In this document: one piece after another, positions 1-8,358 of the stretch
Layout: each line of letters begins with the position of its first letter
How positions within the stretch are numbered: the stretch's first letter is position 1
Assembly: GCA_903927345.1 (NCBI GenBank)
Contig: CAIYMO010000032.1
Coordinates: 23,758-87,757, forward strand
DNA from: an uncultured Armatimonadetes bacterium
Lineage (GTDB): Bacteria > Armatimonadota > Fimbriimonadia > Fimbriimonadales > Fimbriimonadaceae
Direction: 5' to 3'
Length of the DNA: 64,000 bases
Notes under the pieces: generated by a model
The model's input: only the letters and a program-made list of their open reading frames with translations
Told to the model about the DNA's origin: nothing
Databases searched by the model: none
Program-made: the position numbers and the translations under genes

Positions 1-526
1 AAACCGTTCCTTCCGCGCGTCCGCCAACGATTGTCTTCCCCACAGGTGCTGCCGAAGGAATCGGATCCAAGCCTTGCAAAGCAGAGAGTAGCGACTCATA
101 AACCCATGGCTCCCGAGTCGTATTCAAAGTCAGCGCCATCGGTGCATGAAGAGTCGGTAAACCTCGCCGATTTAGGGCCGCATGGAGCACTGTAATGTCC
201 GAAAAGCCTGAGAATAACTTTCCGCTCGCAGCCATTCGATCAAGATCGAGGTACGGCAAAAGCCGAGAGCATCCATAACCGCCACGTGAGCAAAAGACCG
301 CCTGGGTCTCGGGGTCATCAAACGCCTCCTGCAAGTCCTGCGCCCGTTGCTGATCATAGCCGGCCAAATAGCGGGCTGCCTCATAGACATGGGGCATGAT
401 CTTGGTCTTGTATCCCGCTCCCTCCAAGATGGCAATCCCCTTGGCCGTCTGGGCTGGAGTAAGCGGCGAAGCCGGCGAGACAATGCTGATGGTGTCTCCA
501 GGCTGAAGGGCTTTTGGCTTGGGCAT
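1..526 (-). CDS. LD-carboxypeptidase (peptidase S66), N-terminal part; gene runs off the left edge of the window
   Basis: Absent from the ORF track because no stop lies in the window. Minus-strand ATG at 526, frame open to base 1. My translation is MPKPKALQPGDTISIVSPASPLTPAQ...CSRGGYGCSRLL...FSGFSDITVLH. This matches the S66 LdcA layout, including the G-x-S-D nucleophile motif. Confidence 0.8.
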   Translation of the reverse strand, partial: MPKPKALQPGDTISIVSPASPLTPAQTAKGIAILEGAGYKTKIMPHVYEAARYLAGYDQQRAQDLQEAFDDPETQAVFCSRGGYGCSRLLPYLDLDRMAASGKLFSGFSDITVLHAALNRRGLPTLHAPMALTLNTTREPWVYESLLSALQGLDPIPSAAPVGKTIVGGRAEGTV

Positions 527-547
527 CGACGAGAAGAGAATACCGAT

Positions 548-1159
548 TTAGAGGTAGGTCATCACCGCGAAATGGCAGGCCGCACCAACCAGAACAAACA
601 CGTGCCATAGCTCGTGAAAACTGAACTTGCCAGGCCACAGGGTCGGCCGCTTCGAAGCGTAGACTACAGTTCCAATCGTATAGGAGAGCCCCCCGGCAAA
701 CATCCAAATCACGGCCACGGTGCCAATCTTTGGAATGAGAACTCCTACAAAAGGCAGCATCATCCAGCCCATCACAAGGTACAGAACGAGTCGCAGCCAC
801 GTCGGCGGCTTAGTCATCAGCAACGTCGAAATCACCCCGATGGTGCAAAGTACGGCTTGGGTGATGATGATTCCAATCCCTAGCTTTCCGCCAATTCCGA
901 GCAGCGCCACCGGGACGTAAGTGGTCGCGATCATCACATAAATCGCCGAGTGATCCATCTTCTGCAAGCCCGGTTTCGCAATCTTGGTCCAATGGTAAGT
1001 CGCGCTGGATATGAACAAGAATGATGTTCCAAACCCATACACAAGAAAAATGAGCGCCGAAGGAGCTCCGTTCTTCAAAACCAAAAATGCAAGTCCCAAG
1101 ACCGCAAGCACCGCACCCAAAAGATGCGAAAAAGCGTTAAAGGGCTCCCGAACTCTCAC
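548..1159 (-). CDS. Hemolysin III / PAQR family membrane protein
   Basis: 203-aa ORF with GTG start. Multiple hydrophobic TM stretches. N-terminal EPFNAFSHLLGA and C-terminal HELWHVFVLVGAACHF motifs are typical of the HlyIII/YplQ family. Confidence 0.9.
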   Translation of the reverse strand: MRVREPFNAFSHLLGAVLAVLGLAFLVLKNGAPSALIFLVYGFGTSFLFISSATYHWTKIAKPGLQKMDHSAIYVMIATTYVPVALLGIGGKLGIGIIITQAVLCTIGVISTLLMTKPPTWLRLVLYLVMGWMMLPFVGVLIPKIGTVAVIWMFAGGLSYTIGTVVYASKRPTLWPGKFSFHELWHVFVLVGAACHFAVMTYL

Positions 1160-1194
1160 GTCTCGACTGTACCTTGCTTCAAACTAACTCATAA

Positions 1195-1830
1195 GTGGCG
1201 AGTTTCGACGTGATTGACCTAGGAATCCTTGGCTATGCCGAGGCGTTCGAGGTTCAAAAGCAGTATGTCGTCGAGGTCCAAGCTGGCGCCCGGCAAGACG
1301 CCCTACTCCTTGTCCAGCATCCCGCCGTCCTCACCTTGGGAGCCAGTTTCCACGCCGAAAATTTGCTTCACCCCGCCGAGTGGTATGCAGAGCAGGGAAT
1401 CGAAATTTGCCCCACCGATCGAGGAGGCGATGTGACGTTCCACGGCCCAGGGCAGCTCGTCGCCTATCCAATTTTCGACGTCGCCAAGCGAGGTAAAGAC
1501 CTCCACCTCTGGATGCGCCAGCTCGAGGAATCCGTTATCCGCGCTCTCGCTACCGAAGGCCTTCAGGCGGGGCGACTCGACGTCAACAGCGGAGTTTGGG
1601 TCAATCAGCGGAAGGTGTGCGCCATCGGGATCAAGCTCAAACGATGGGTCTCAATGCACGGAATCGCCGTGAACTGCAACATTGATCTGGAGCCGTTCGG
1701 CTGGTTTGTCCCCTGCGGTATCCGAACCCATGGCGTCACCTCCATTTCCCGAGAACTCGGCAAGGAAGTCGCGGTGGAAGAGTTCAAGCCAAAGCTCATC
1801 GCTGGCTTCCGCGAGGTCTTTGATGCTTGA
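1195..1830 (+). CDS. lipB: Octanoyltransferase (lipoyl(octanoyl) transferase)
   Basis: RGGDVTFHGPGQLVAYPI, KVCAIGIKL and FVPCGI motifs are characteristic of LipB. GTG start at 1195. Confidence 0.92.
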   Translation: MASFDVIDLGILGYAEAFEVQKQYVVEVQAGARQDALLLVQHPAVLTLGASFHAENLLHPAEWYAEQGIEICPTDRGGDVTFHGPGQLVAYPIFDVAKRGKDLHLWMRQLEESVIRALATEGLQAGRLDVNSGVWVNQRKVCAIGIKLKRWVSMHGIAVNCNIDLEPFGWFVPCGIRTHGVTSISRELGKEVAVEEFKPKLIAGFREVFDA

Positions 1831-2407
1831 TCGCCGTCCCGGCTGGGCAGGGGCCGACGAAGCTGGACGCGGTCCCCTCGCTGGTCCCGTGGTCGCTGCC
1901 GCAGCGATCTTGCCGTCGGACTTCAACATCCACGGTCTCAACGACTCCAAAAAGCTCGACGCAGTAAAACGTGACCAGCTTGAGCTAAGAATCCGAGAAG
2001 GCGCAACCTTCCACGTCGAATTTGCCTGGCCCGAAGAAATCGACGCGAAGAACATCCTCCACGCCTCCCTAGCGGCAATGAGCCGCGCAATCCTCGCCTT
2101 GCCCAGTCCGCTCGGTGCGCTCATCGACGGAAACCAGATTCCCAAAGGTCTCAGCATCCCCGTCGAAACCGTTGTCAAAGGCGACGGGAAAATCGCCGAG
2201 ATTGCCGCCGCTTCAATCCTCGCCAAAAACGAACGAGATCGCTACATGGTCAAGATCGCCCAGACATATCCTGAATACGGATTCGAAAAGCACTTCGGCT
2301 ACCCGACCCCCGAGCACCTCGAAGCCCTCAAGCACCACGGCCCCTGCCCAATCCACCGCCGTTCGTTCGGGCCAGTCGCCGCTTTCTACCAAGCAACCTT
2401 GTTCTAA
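1823..2407 (+). CDS. rnhB: Ribonuclease HII
   Basis: DEAGRGPLAGPVVAAA metal-binding motif, DSKKL, and a C-terminal HRRSF-type tail. The in-frame ATG at 1823 overlaps the lipB stop (ATGCTTGA). The ORF-track start at 1682 lies inside lipB. Confidence 0.92.
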   Translation: MLDRRPGWAGADEAGRGPLAGPVVAAAAILPSDFNIHGLNDSKKLDAVKRDQLELRIREGATFHVEFAWPEEIDAKNILHASLAAMSRAILALPSPLGALIDGNQIPKGLSIPVETVVKGDGKIAEIAAASILAKNERDRYMVKIAQTYPEYGFEKHFGYPTPEHLEALKHHGPCPIHRRSFGPVAAFYQATLF

Positions 2408-2419
2408 AGCTGACGAGGC

Positions 2420-3745
2420 CTATTCTTTTATCTCGGCGTCCATCCGCAACAGCTGAGATTTCCGAAGTGCCAAGAAGCGAATATGCCGGTTATCCAACCA
2501 AAGAGGCGCCACCTTTTCGGCCTGATCGACTACAAAATCTTCCTTCCCCAAGATGGTCATTTGGAGGGGGTCCTCGAGTGGAACCACCATCACGCTCGCA
2601 ACATCGTTCCGCAAGACGTTCAGCGCGAGATACTTCCCATCGGGGCTGACAGCAAGCGAGTTCTGCATTGCCTGATCAACCGCAAGATCAACCATCCCCT
2701 TCCCTTCAATAAACAGAGATGGCCGTGTCTTCTTGCTTTGGAACAGCAAGATGACGTTCTTTCCCGACCATGCCGCGCCTTTGTAAAACTCTCGAGGAGC
2801 GACATCAAGGTTTGGGAACTGGGAATAAGGGACTGCCAGCGCCGGTGATTTCTTTATGAATATGTCATCGCCACGCTTGCCGCAGAGCACAAAATCTTCA
2901 CTCCCCGGGCGAAACACGAATCCCGTCTGAATATCCAGTTCCTTCACTGGACCCGACGTCGCGGTGTATTTGGAGAACTGCATGTTCCCCTTGGGAGTCA
3001 CCCCCGTGTACTCGCTTCGAACCGCCCAAGCGGTGCCAGTCGAGTTAAAGATCGGCAGGCCAACAACTTTGCCTTCATACGCAAAGCGCTGTCCGTTCCA
3101 ATCGCCAAAGCCAATCTCCGCGGGAGCGTTGTAGTCAATCTTTGTATCGAGGTGGATGTTGAGGTATCCCGCCCCACCCGGCGCTGGGAAGCAGTTAACC
3201 GTTCGTCCGCGCGGAACAACCGCCGTGTTTCCCTGCATCAGATACTCGGGAGGACTCTGTGCCGGATCCTTGGGGAGTTCGCTGAAAATGAAAGAGAATC
3301 CCTTTCCGTCGGTGCTAAACGCCGACCGAACGAGCTTAGGCATCCAAGCGGTTTTGAAATCGTTGGTGCAAACCCGAATGCCCTGCTTCCCCTGCTCCAT
3401 CCAAGCAATGGGCCCCGTATCCCCCAGGCGCATCACCCGAGTGACCTCGCTTTCGGTTTGGACGTATTCGCCGTTCAAATACATCTCACCACCCTTCAGT
3501 GGCTCTCGAATCGCGGCAAAAGCAAAGTTCCGCGAATCTCCGCTGAACACCGGAGGAGCAGCCACCGCAAACGGTCCAAACCGTTTTCCGTCCATCACCG
3601 CGAACTTTCGATCCGCCGAAGTGCAAGCCACCCGAGAGCGATCGGGACTGACAACGAGGCTCGACAAGTCCAGCTTCTTCGAGTCGAGTTTCAGTAAGAC
3701 GGTTTCTTTTAAGTCGATCTTCGGCGAGGGTGGAAAGACAAGCAT
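2420..3745 (-). CDS. Hypothetical protein with PD40/TolB-like beta-propeller repeat signatures
   Basis: 441-aa ORF. Repeated SPDGKYLA / SPDRSRVA type motifs. No recognisable signal peptide. No family assigned. Confidence 0.6.
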   Translation of the reverse strand: MLVFPPSPKIDLKETVLLKLDSKKLDLSSLVVSPDRSRVACTSADRKFAVMDGKRFGPFAVAAPPVFSGDSRNFAFAAIREPLKGGEMYLNGEYVQTESEVTRVMRLGDTGPIAWMEQGKQGIRVCTNDFKTAWMPKLVRSAFSTDGKGFSFIFSELPKDPAQSPPEYLMQGNTAVVPRGRTVNCFPAPGGAGYLNIHLDTKIDYNAPAEIGFGDWNGQRFAYEGKVVGLPIFNSTGTAWAVRSEYTGVTPKGNMQFSKYTATSGPVKELDIQTGFVFRPGSEDFVLCGKRGDDIFIKKSPALAVPYSQFPNLDVAPREFYKGAAWSGKNVILLFQSKKTRPSLFIEGKGMVDLAVDQAMQNSLAVSPDGKYLALNVLRNDVASVMVVPLEDPLQMTILGKEDFVVDQAEKVAPLWLDNRHIRFLALRKSQLLRMDAEIKE

Positions 3746-3761
3746 CGTTCAGAATGGGTTT

Positions 3762-4094
3762 GTGAGTGGGAATCGAGTTCCAAAAGGACGCGAGCATGAA
3801 GCCCAAGCGGCGGAGTATTTACGCGCAAAAGGCTTTACCATTGTCACACGAAATTACACAATTCGCGGTGGTGAAATCGACATTGTCGCCCTCGATGGCG
3901 ATGAACTGGTTTTCGTTGAAGTGCGATGGAGGGCCGATGATGATGCTGAGTGGTCTGTCACCCCATCCAAAGTCGCCGCCATGCGCCGCGCCGCCGCCGC
4001 CTATCTAGCCGAGATTCCCGAAGAGCGAGAGCACCGATTCGATTTCATTGCCGTAGGACCAAGTGGGCTTCGGCACACCGAACGATTCCTATGA
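3762..4094 (+). CDS. yraN: YraN/UPF0102 family endonuclease-like protein
   Basis: Core GREHEAQAAEYLRAKGFTIVTRNYTIRGGEIDIVALDGDELVFVEVRWR matches the YraN family. GTG 3762 is the first in-frame start downstream of the antisense gene. The ORF-track start at 3156 overlaps that gene. Confidence 0.78.
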   Translation: MSGNRVPKGREHEAQAAEYLRAKGFTIVTRNYTIRGGEIDIVALDGDELVFVEVRWRADDDAEWSVTPSKVAAMRRAAAAYLAEIPEEREHRFDFIAVGPSGLRHTERFL

Positions 4095-4531
4095 CCACTC
4101 TGAAATTTGAATCCAGCATGCCGTGCTCTCAGCAGAAGCTTTGGGAGTTCCATTCCTCAAGCGAAGCCCTCCACTCCCTGAGTCCGCCTTTCACCAAGGT
4201 CCAGCTCAAAGGGGAACTGAGAGTCATTGACGGGGCCAAGCTCGAAGTCAGAAGCACCATTCTCGGAGTGATCAACCAGGACTGGGAAGTAGAACTCCTC
4301 AACGTCTCCGCCCCCGGCGGGTTCACGGATCGGGCCATCAAATCACCCTTTAAACAGTGGGAGCATCACCACCGCTTCAATGTGGCCGGCAACGAGTCAA
4401 TTCTCGTTGATGAACTGAGGTTTCTCGCTCCTGGGGGATTGCTCGGCGAACTCGCATCAAGAGTTATCCTGACCGTCCTCTTCAAGTTCCGACACTTCAA
4501 AACAATCAGGCTAATCAAGAAAATGGCTTAG
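4091..4531 (+). CDS. SRPBCC (START/Bet v1-like) superfamily protein
   Basis: 146-aa product MTTLKFESSMPCSQQKLWEFHSS..., with size and pattern of the cyclase/dehydrase-like ligand-binding fold. ATG 4091 overlaps the yraN TGA (ATGA). Confidence 0.7.
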   Translation: MTTLKFESSMPCSQQKLWEFHSSSEALHSLSPPFTKVQLKGELRVIDGAKLEVRSTILGVINQDWEVELLNVSAPGGFTDRAIKSPFKQWEHHHRFNVAGNESILVDELRFLAPGGLLGELASRVILTVLFKFRHFKTIRLIKKMA

Positions 4532-5322
4532 CTCTGCCGTGGGTTGAGCTTCCAAAGCTCCAACCCAACCACCATCACCGCCACCGCTAAAACGAACCAT
4601 TTAAAGCCGTTTCGCAGCCCCGCGCTGTCAACTCTTTCCCGCAGGAGCGAGCCGATAACCATGCCAGAAGCCGCACAAGCTGTGACCCCCGCCAAGAATC
4701 CCCAAGGCAACTGAGGGTGATTCAAAAACTCCGCGAAGAACCCAAGCGCCGTGATCATGACGACGGCGGTCAAAGATGTTCCGACTGCCTTCTTCATATC
4801 GATCCCGAAGAACACCGCCAGAATCGGAACGATCATAAATCCTCCTCCAATCCCAAACAAGCCACTGATAAAACCCACCCCAAGTCCCAACAAGGTGCCG
4901 GTCCAAGGGTGGGCGTCCTCGTGCGATTTCACACGGTTAGAGAAGAACATCGAGACCGACGCACCGACCAAAATCAGCGAGAATCCGAACATCAAAATGC
5001 TGGATTTCGGCAAACCTAGCAGGGTTGCGGGAATCTGCGGAACCAACAGCCTTCGGGTCGCAAAGGTCGCAAGCGCCGTTGGTATACCAAACTGCACCGC
5101 TCGAGGTAAGTCCACTTGCCCCTGTTTTCGGGCAATAAATGCTCCCGTTGAACTTACAAGCAGGCTAATCGGCAAGGCGAAACCGGTCGCTGCTGCCGAA
5201 TCGAGCCCCATCATGTACACCATGATCGGCACGATCAGGATCGCCCCGCCGGCACCGATCAGCCCGAAGGAGATTCCCGTCAAACCGATCAAGACATAGG
5301 CGAGTACCAGCACACTGAGCAT
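4528..5322 (-). CDS. TauE/SafE family sulfite/anion exporter
   Basis: 264-aa polytopic membrane protein with duplicated glycine-rich halves (GLIGAGGAILIVP ... GLFGIGGGFMIVP) typical of TauE/SafE (DUF81). Confidence 0.85.
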   Translation of the reverse strand: MLSVLVLAYVLIGLTGISFGLIGAGGAILIVPIMVYMMGLDSAAATGFALPISLLVSSTGAFIARKQGQVDLPRAVQFGIPTALATFATRRLLVPQIPATLLGLPKSSILMFGFSLILVGASVSMFFSNRVKSHEDAHPWTGTLLGLGVGFISGLFGIGGGFMIVPILAVFFGIDMKKAVGTSLTAVVMITALGFFAEFLNHPQLPWGFLAGVTACAASGMVIGSLLRERVDSAGLRNGFKWFVLAVAVMVVGLELWKLNPRQS

Positions 5323-5366
5323 TTTGACGGAATCGGCAAACAGGTGAAAGGTATTGTTAAAAGCTT

Positions 5367-6854
5367 ATGCATTTTGTTAGCTTTCGCCATCGTGCGGTTG
5401 GGCTCGTAGTTTTTGGCTTGCTCAGCTCATTCAGTTTCGGTCAGCTTCGCGTCGCCACTTGGAACGTCACGAACTTTGGATCGGCAGAGTCAAACGCCCG
5501 CAAAGCAGCGTTTCAAACCGCCATCTTTGGCTCCTACCAGGGTAGATCGATGAACCCAGACGTTTTGATCGCCCAAGAGCTCAAGGGCTCGGCAGGTGTG
5601 ACGTCTTTCCTCGCCATGCTTAATGCTGCTCCCGGACAGTCCGGTCAGTGGGCTGCCGCGACTCCGTTCATCACGACCGGCGATTCAGACAGTGCATTCT
5701 TCTATCGCACCAACAAAGTCGAATTCCAAAGTCTCGCGAACATCTCCGGAGACCCTCGAGCAACTCAGCGATACGACTTTAAGCTCAAGGGTTACGCAAC
5801 GGACAGCACCACCAATCCGCTGATGTCGCTGTACTCCTCTCACCTTAAGTCGGGCACGGGAACCGGCGGAACCGACGAGTCCCGACGACTCACCGAGGCG
5901 CGCAACATTCGCACCGATTCAGCGACTCAATCGGCAGCGGGTCGCCACGTTATCATCGGCGGTGACTTCAATATTGGCACCTCAAACGACGATTCCTACC
6001 GAGCAATGGTCGATGCCTCTACGACCAATAACTCCGGCCAAACCATCACAGGCGGGCGATTCCACGATCCAATAAACAGCTCCTTCACTTCAACGGGCGC
6101 GACGGTTACCTGGAACAACAATAATGCCTACCGATTCCTCCACACCCAAGACCCATACGGAGCAGGCGGAATGGATGACCGAATGGACTTCATCCTCACC
6201 GGTAGCACCATGCGAGACGGCAAAGGATTGGAATACATCGGCTCCACCACCGCGGCGTACAGCACAACAACGTGGGACGACTCAAACCACAGCTACCGAG
6301 CCTGGGGCAACGACGGCACATCGTTCAACAGCACGATTAACACCACCAACAACGCAATGGTCGGCGCGACAATCGCCCAAGCCATTCGCGATTCGGTCGG
6401 AAATACCAACCCCGCCAACACCGGTGGCCACCTTCCGATCTTCCTGGACCTCAAGCTCCCTGCTGACCTCAAGGTTTCGCAGTCGTCGCTCAACTTCGGC
6501 ACCGCAGCTGTCGGCTCAACCAGCCAGCTTTCGCTCGACATCAGCAATGCTGTCGATGCCGCAATCTGGGGAGCCTCGGGCGCACAGAACTCGTCCTTCT
6601 CGCTTTCGCTGAGTGGAACCGGATTCTCGCTCCCCGCAGGCGGAACGCTGACCACTGGCCAATCTGTCGCCAAGCTCATTTCGATGGATACATCGGCGGC
6701 AGGAATCCGAAATGCGATCCTGCTCATCACCGACAACGCCACCGGTCAACAACGCAGCGTCACCCTCAACGGAGTGGTCGCCGTCCCTGAGCCAGCCACC
6801 ATGGCCGCCCTCGGTCTTGGCGTCGCTGCATTGCTAAGAAGAAAGCGCAAGTAA
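5367..6854 (+). CDS. Secreted endonuclease/exonuclease/phosphatase (EEP) family protein with C-terminal PEP-CTERM sorting signal
   Basis: Signal peptide. RVATWNVTNF and IIGGDFN EEP motifs. A beta-sandwich-like region (LNFGTAAVGSTSQLSLDISN). Tail VPEPATMAALGLGVAALLRRKRK is PEP + TM + basic cluster (nt 6783-6851). Confidence 0.8.
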   Translation: MHFVSFRHRAVGLVVFGLLSSFSFGQLRVATWNVTNFGSAESNARKAAFQTAIFGSYQGRSMNPDVLIAQELKGSAGVTSFLAMLNAAPGQSGQWAAATPFITTGDSDSAFFYRTNKVEFQSLANISGDPRATQRYDFKLKGYATDSTTNPLMSLYSSHLKSGTGTGGTDESRRLTEARNIRTDSATQSAAGRHVIIGGDFNIGTSNDDSYRAMVDASTTNNSGQTITGGRFHDPINSSFTSTGATVTWNNNNAYRFLHTQDPYGAGGMDDRMDFILTGSTMRDGKGLEYIGSTTAAYSTTTWDDSNHSYRAWGNDGTSFNSTINTTNNAMVGATIAQAIRDSVGNTNPANTGGHLPIFLDLKLPADLKVSQSSLNFGTAAVGSTSQLSLDISNAVDAAIWGASGAQNSSFSLSLSGTGFSLPAGGTLTTGQSVAKLISMDTSAAGIRNAILLITDNATGQQRSVTLNGVVAVPEPATMAALGLGVAALLRRKRK

Positions 6855-6863
6855 GTCCACCTG

Positions 6864-6891
6864 GCATACCGGGGCAAGTTCCCCGGTATGC
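6864..6891 (+). terminator. Stem-loop after the EEP gene (11-bp perfect stem GCATACCGGGG / CCCCGGTATGC, 6-nt loop)
   Basis: Read directly from the sequence. No strong T-run follows. The 3' arm contains the ATG at 6888 used by the ORF track for argH. Confidence 0.5.
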
Positions 6892-6902
6892 TAGAACCTC
6901 GC

Positions 6903-8291
6903 ATGAAGAAACTTTGGGGCGGGGCATTTAGCGAGTCCACCGCCGATCTTGTTGATCGATTTGGACAGTCAATCAAAACCGACTTGCACTTTTGGCAAGA
7001 GGACTTGATCGGTAGCGTCGCCCACGCGCGCATGCTCGGCGAGACCGGCATCATCAGCAAGGATGAAGCCAAGATCCTCATCGACGGCCTTGAGAAGATC
7101 CACGAAGAAGGGCCTCGCGGACTGGATATCGACGTCGAAGACGTCCACACCGCTATCGAACTCCGACTGAAAGAACTCGTCGGCGACGTTGCCGGAAAGC
7201 TCCATACCGCCCGTTCGAGAAATGACCAAGTCGCGACCGCAGCTCGTCTCTTCCTACACAACGAACTCCTCGTCGTTCTAGATCTCATCAAGTCCCTCCA
7301 AGGCGTTCTGCTCGAGCAAGCAACCATCCACAAGGATGCTCTGATGCCTGGTTACACCCACCAGCAGCACGCGCAACCCATCACGCTAGGTTTCCACCTC
7401 ATGGGCCACTTCTGGGGTCTTCAGCGAAACGGCTGGCGCGCCGAGCGATTGTTCGAGCTTGCCAACTACTCCCCTCTGGGCGCCGCCGCGCTCGCGGGAA
7501 CTGGATTCCCAATCGATCGGCACATGACGTCGCAAGAGCTCGGCTTCACCGCACCGATCCCGAACGCACTCGATGCCACCTCGGATCGATCCTTCATCCT
7601 CGATGCGCTCCATATGTGCGCGCTCATCATGATCGACCTCAGCCGCATCTCCCAGGAACTCGTTCTCTGGTCGGGTCGCGAATTCGGTTTCGTCAAGCTC
7701 CACGACTCCGTAACCACCGGCTCCTCGATCATGCCTCAGAAGCGAAACCCTGACATGGCAGAGCTGATCCGTGGTCGAACCGGACGCGTCATCGCCAACT
7801 GGGTCACAATCGCCACGGTCATGAAGGGTCTCCCCCTCGGCTACAACCGAGACACCCAAGAGGACAAACCGCCACTCTTTGACTCCCTCGGCAAAATTAA
7901 GGATTCTCTCCAGCTCATCCAACTCCAGCTCGAAAGCTGTGAGTGGCAGCTCGACACGATGGCAAAGTCAACCCGCGGCGACTTCTCAACCGCAACCGAC
8001 CTCGCCGACTTCTTGGCAACCAGTGGAATGCCCTTCCGTGAAGCGCACGAAGTCGTCGGAAAGGTCGTTATCGGTTGTAACGAGCGAGGAATCACACTGG
8101 AAGACCTCAACGAGTCAATCCTCGCCGAGATTGCCCCGGAGATTCCAAGCGAAGCACTGAATGTTCTTCAACCCGAAGACAGCGTTCGACGCCGAGAGTC
8201 CTACGGCGGACCGGGTCCCAAGGCGATGGCGCAACAACTTGGACTGGCAACCGAACTGCACAAAGATCGAGGATTCTCGAAGATCGCCTAG
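6903..8291 (+). CDS. argH: Argininosuccinate lyase
   Basis: MKKLWGGAFSE... N-terminus aligns with ArgH (MALWGGRF...). Fumarate-lyase signature GSSIMPQKRNPD is present. I prefer ATG 6903 over 6888, which sits inside the upstream hairpin. Confidence 0.93.
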   Translation: MKKLWGGAFSESTADLVDRFGQSIKTDLHFWQEDLIGSVAHARMLGETGIISKDEAKILIDGLEKIHEEGPRGLDIDVEDVHTAIELRLKELVGDVAGKLHTARSRNDQVATAARLFLHNELLVVLDLIKSLQGVLLEQATIHKDALMPGYTHQQHAQPITLGFHLMGHFWGLQRNGWRAERLFELANYSPLGAAALAGTGFPIDRHMTSQELGFTAPIPNALDATSDRSFILDALHMCALIMIDLSRISQELVLWSGREFGFVKLHDSVTTGSSIMPQKRNPDMAELIRGRTGRVIANWVTIATVMKGLPLGYNRDTQEDKPPLFDSLGKIKDSLQLIQLQLESCEWQLDTMAKSTRGDFSTATDLADFLATSGMPFREAHEVVGKVVIGCNERGITLEDLNESILAEIAPEIPSEALNVLQPEDSVRRRESYGGPGPKAMAQQLGLATELHKDRGFSKIA

Positions 8292-8358
8292 GTATCTCGT
8301 CCCAAAGAGAACCTACTGTTCGATTACTGCGTAACAACTTGGTGGGAGACAACATACG

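Noticed and set aside
1682-1822. N-terminal extensions given by the ORF track. They occur here and at 3156-3761, 3950-4090, 11651-11740, 24584-24817, 31109-31237, 32352-32375, 36543-36602, 42599-42772, 45833-45994, 49109-49144, 50248-50385 and 53287-53370.
   Set aside because: Each extension lies inside the neighbouring gene and has Arg/Pro/Ser-rich nonsense-like sequence. An in-frame start at the neighbouring gene boundary gives an N-terminus colinear with the protein family.
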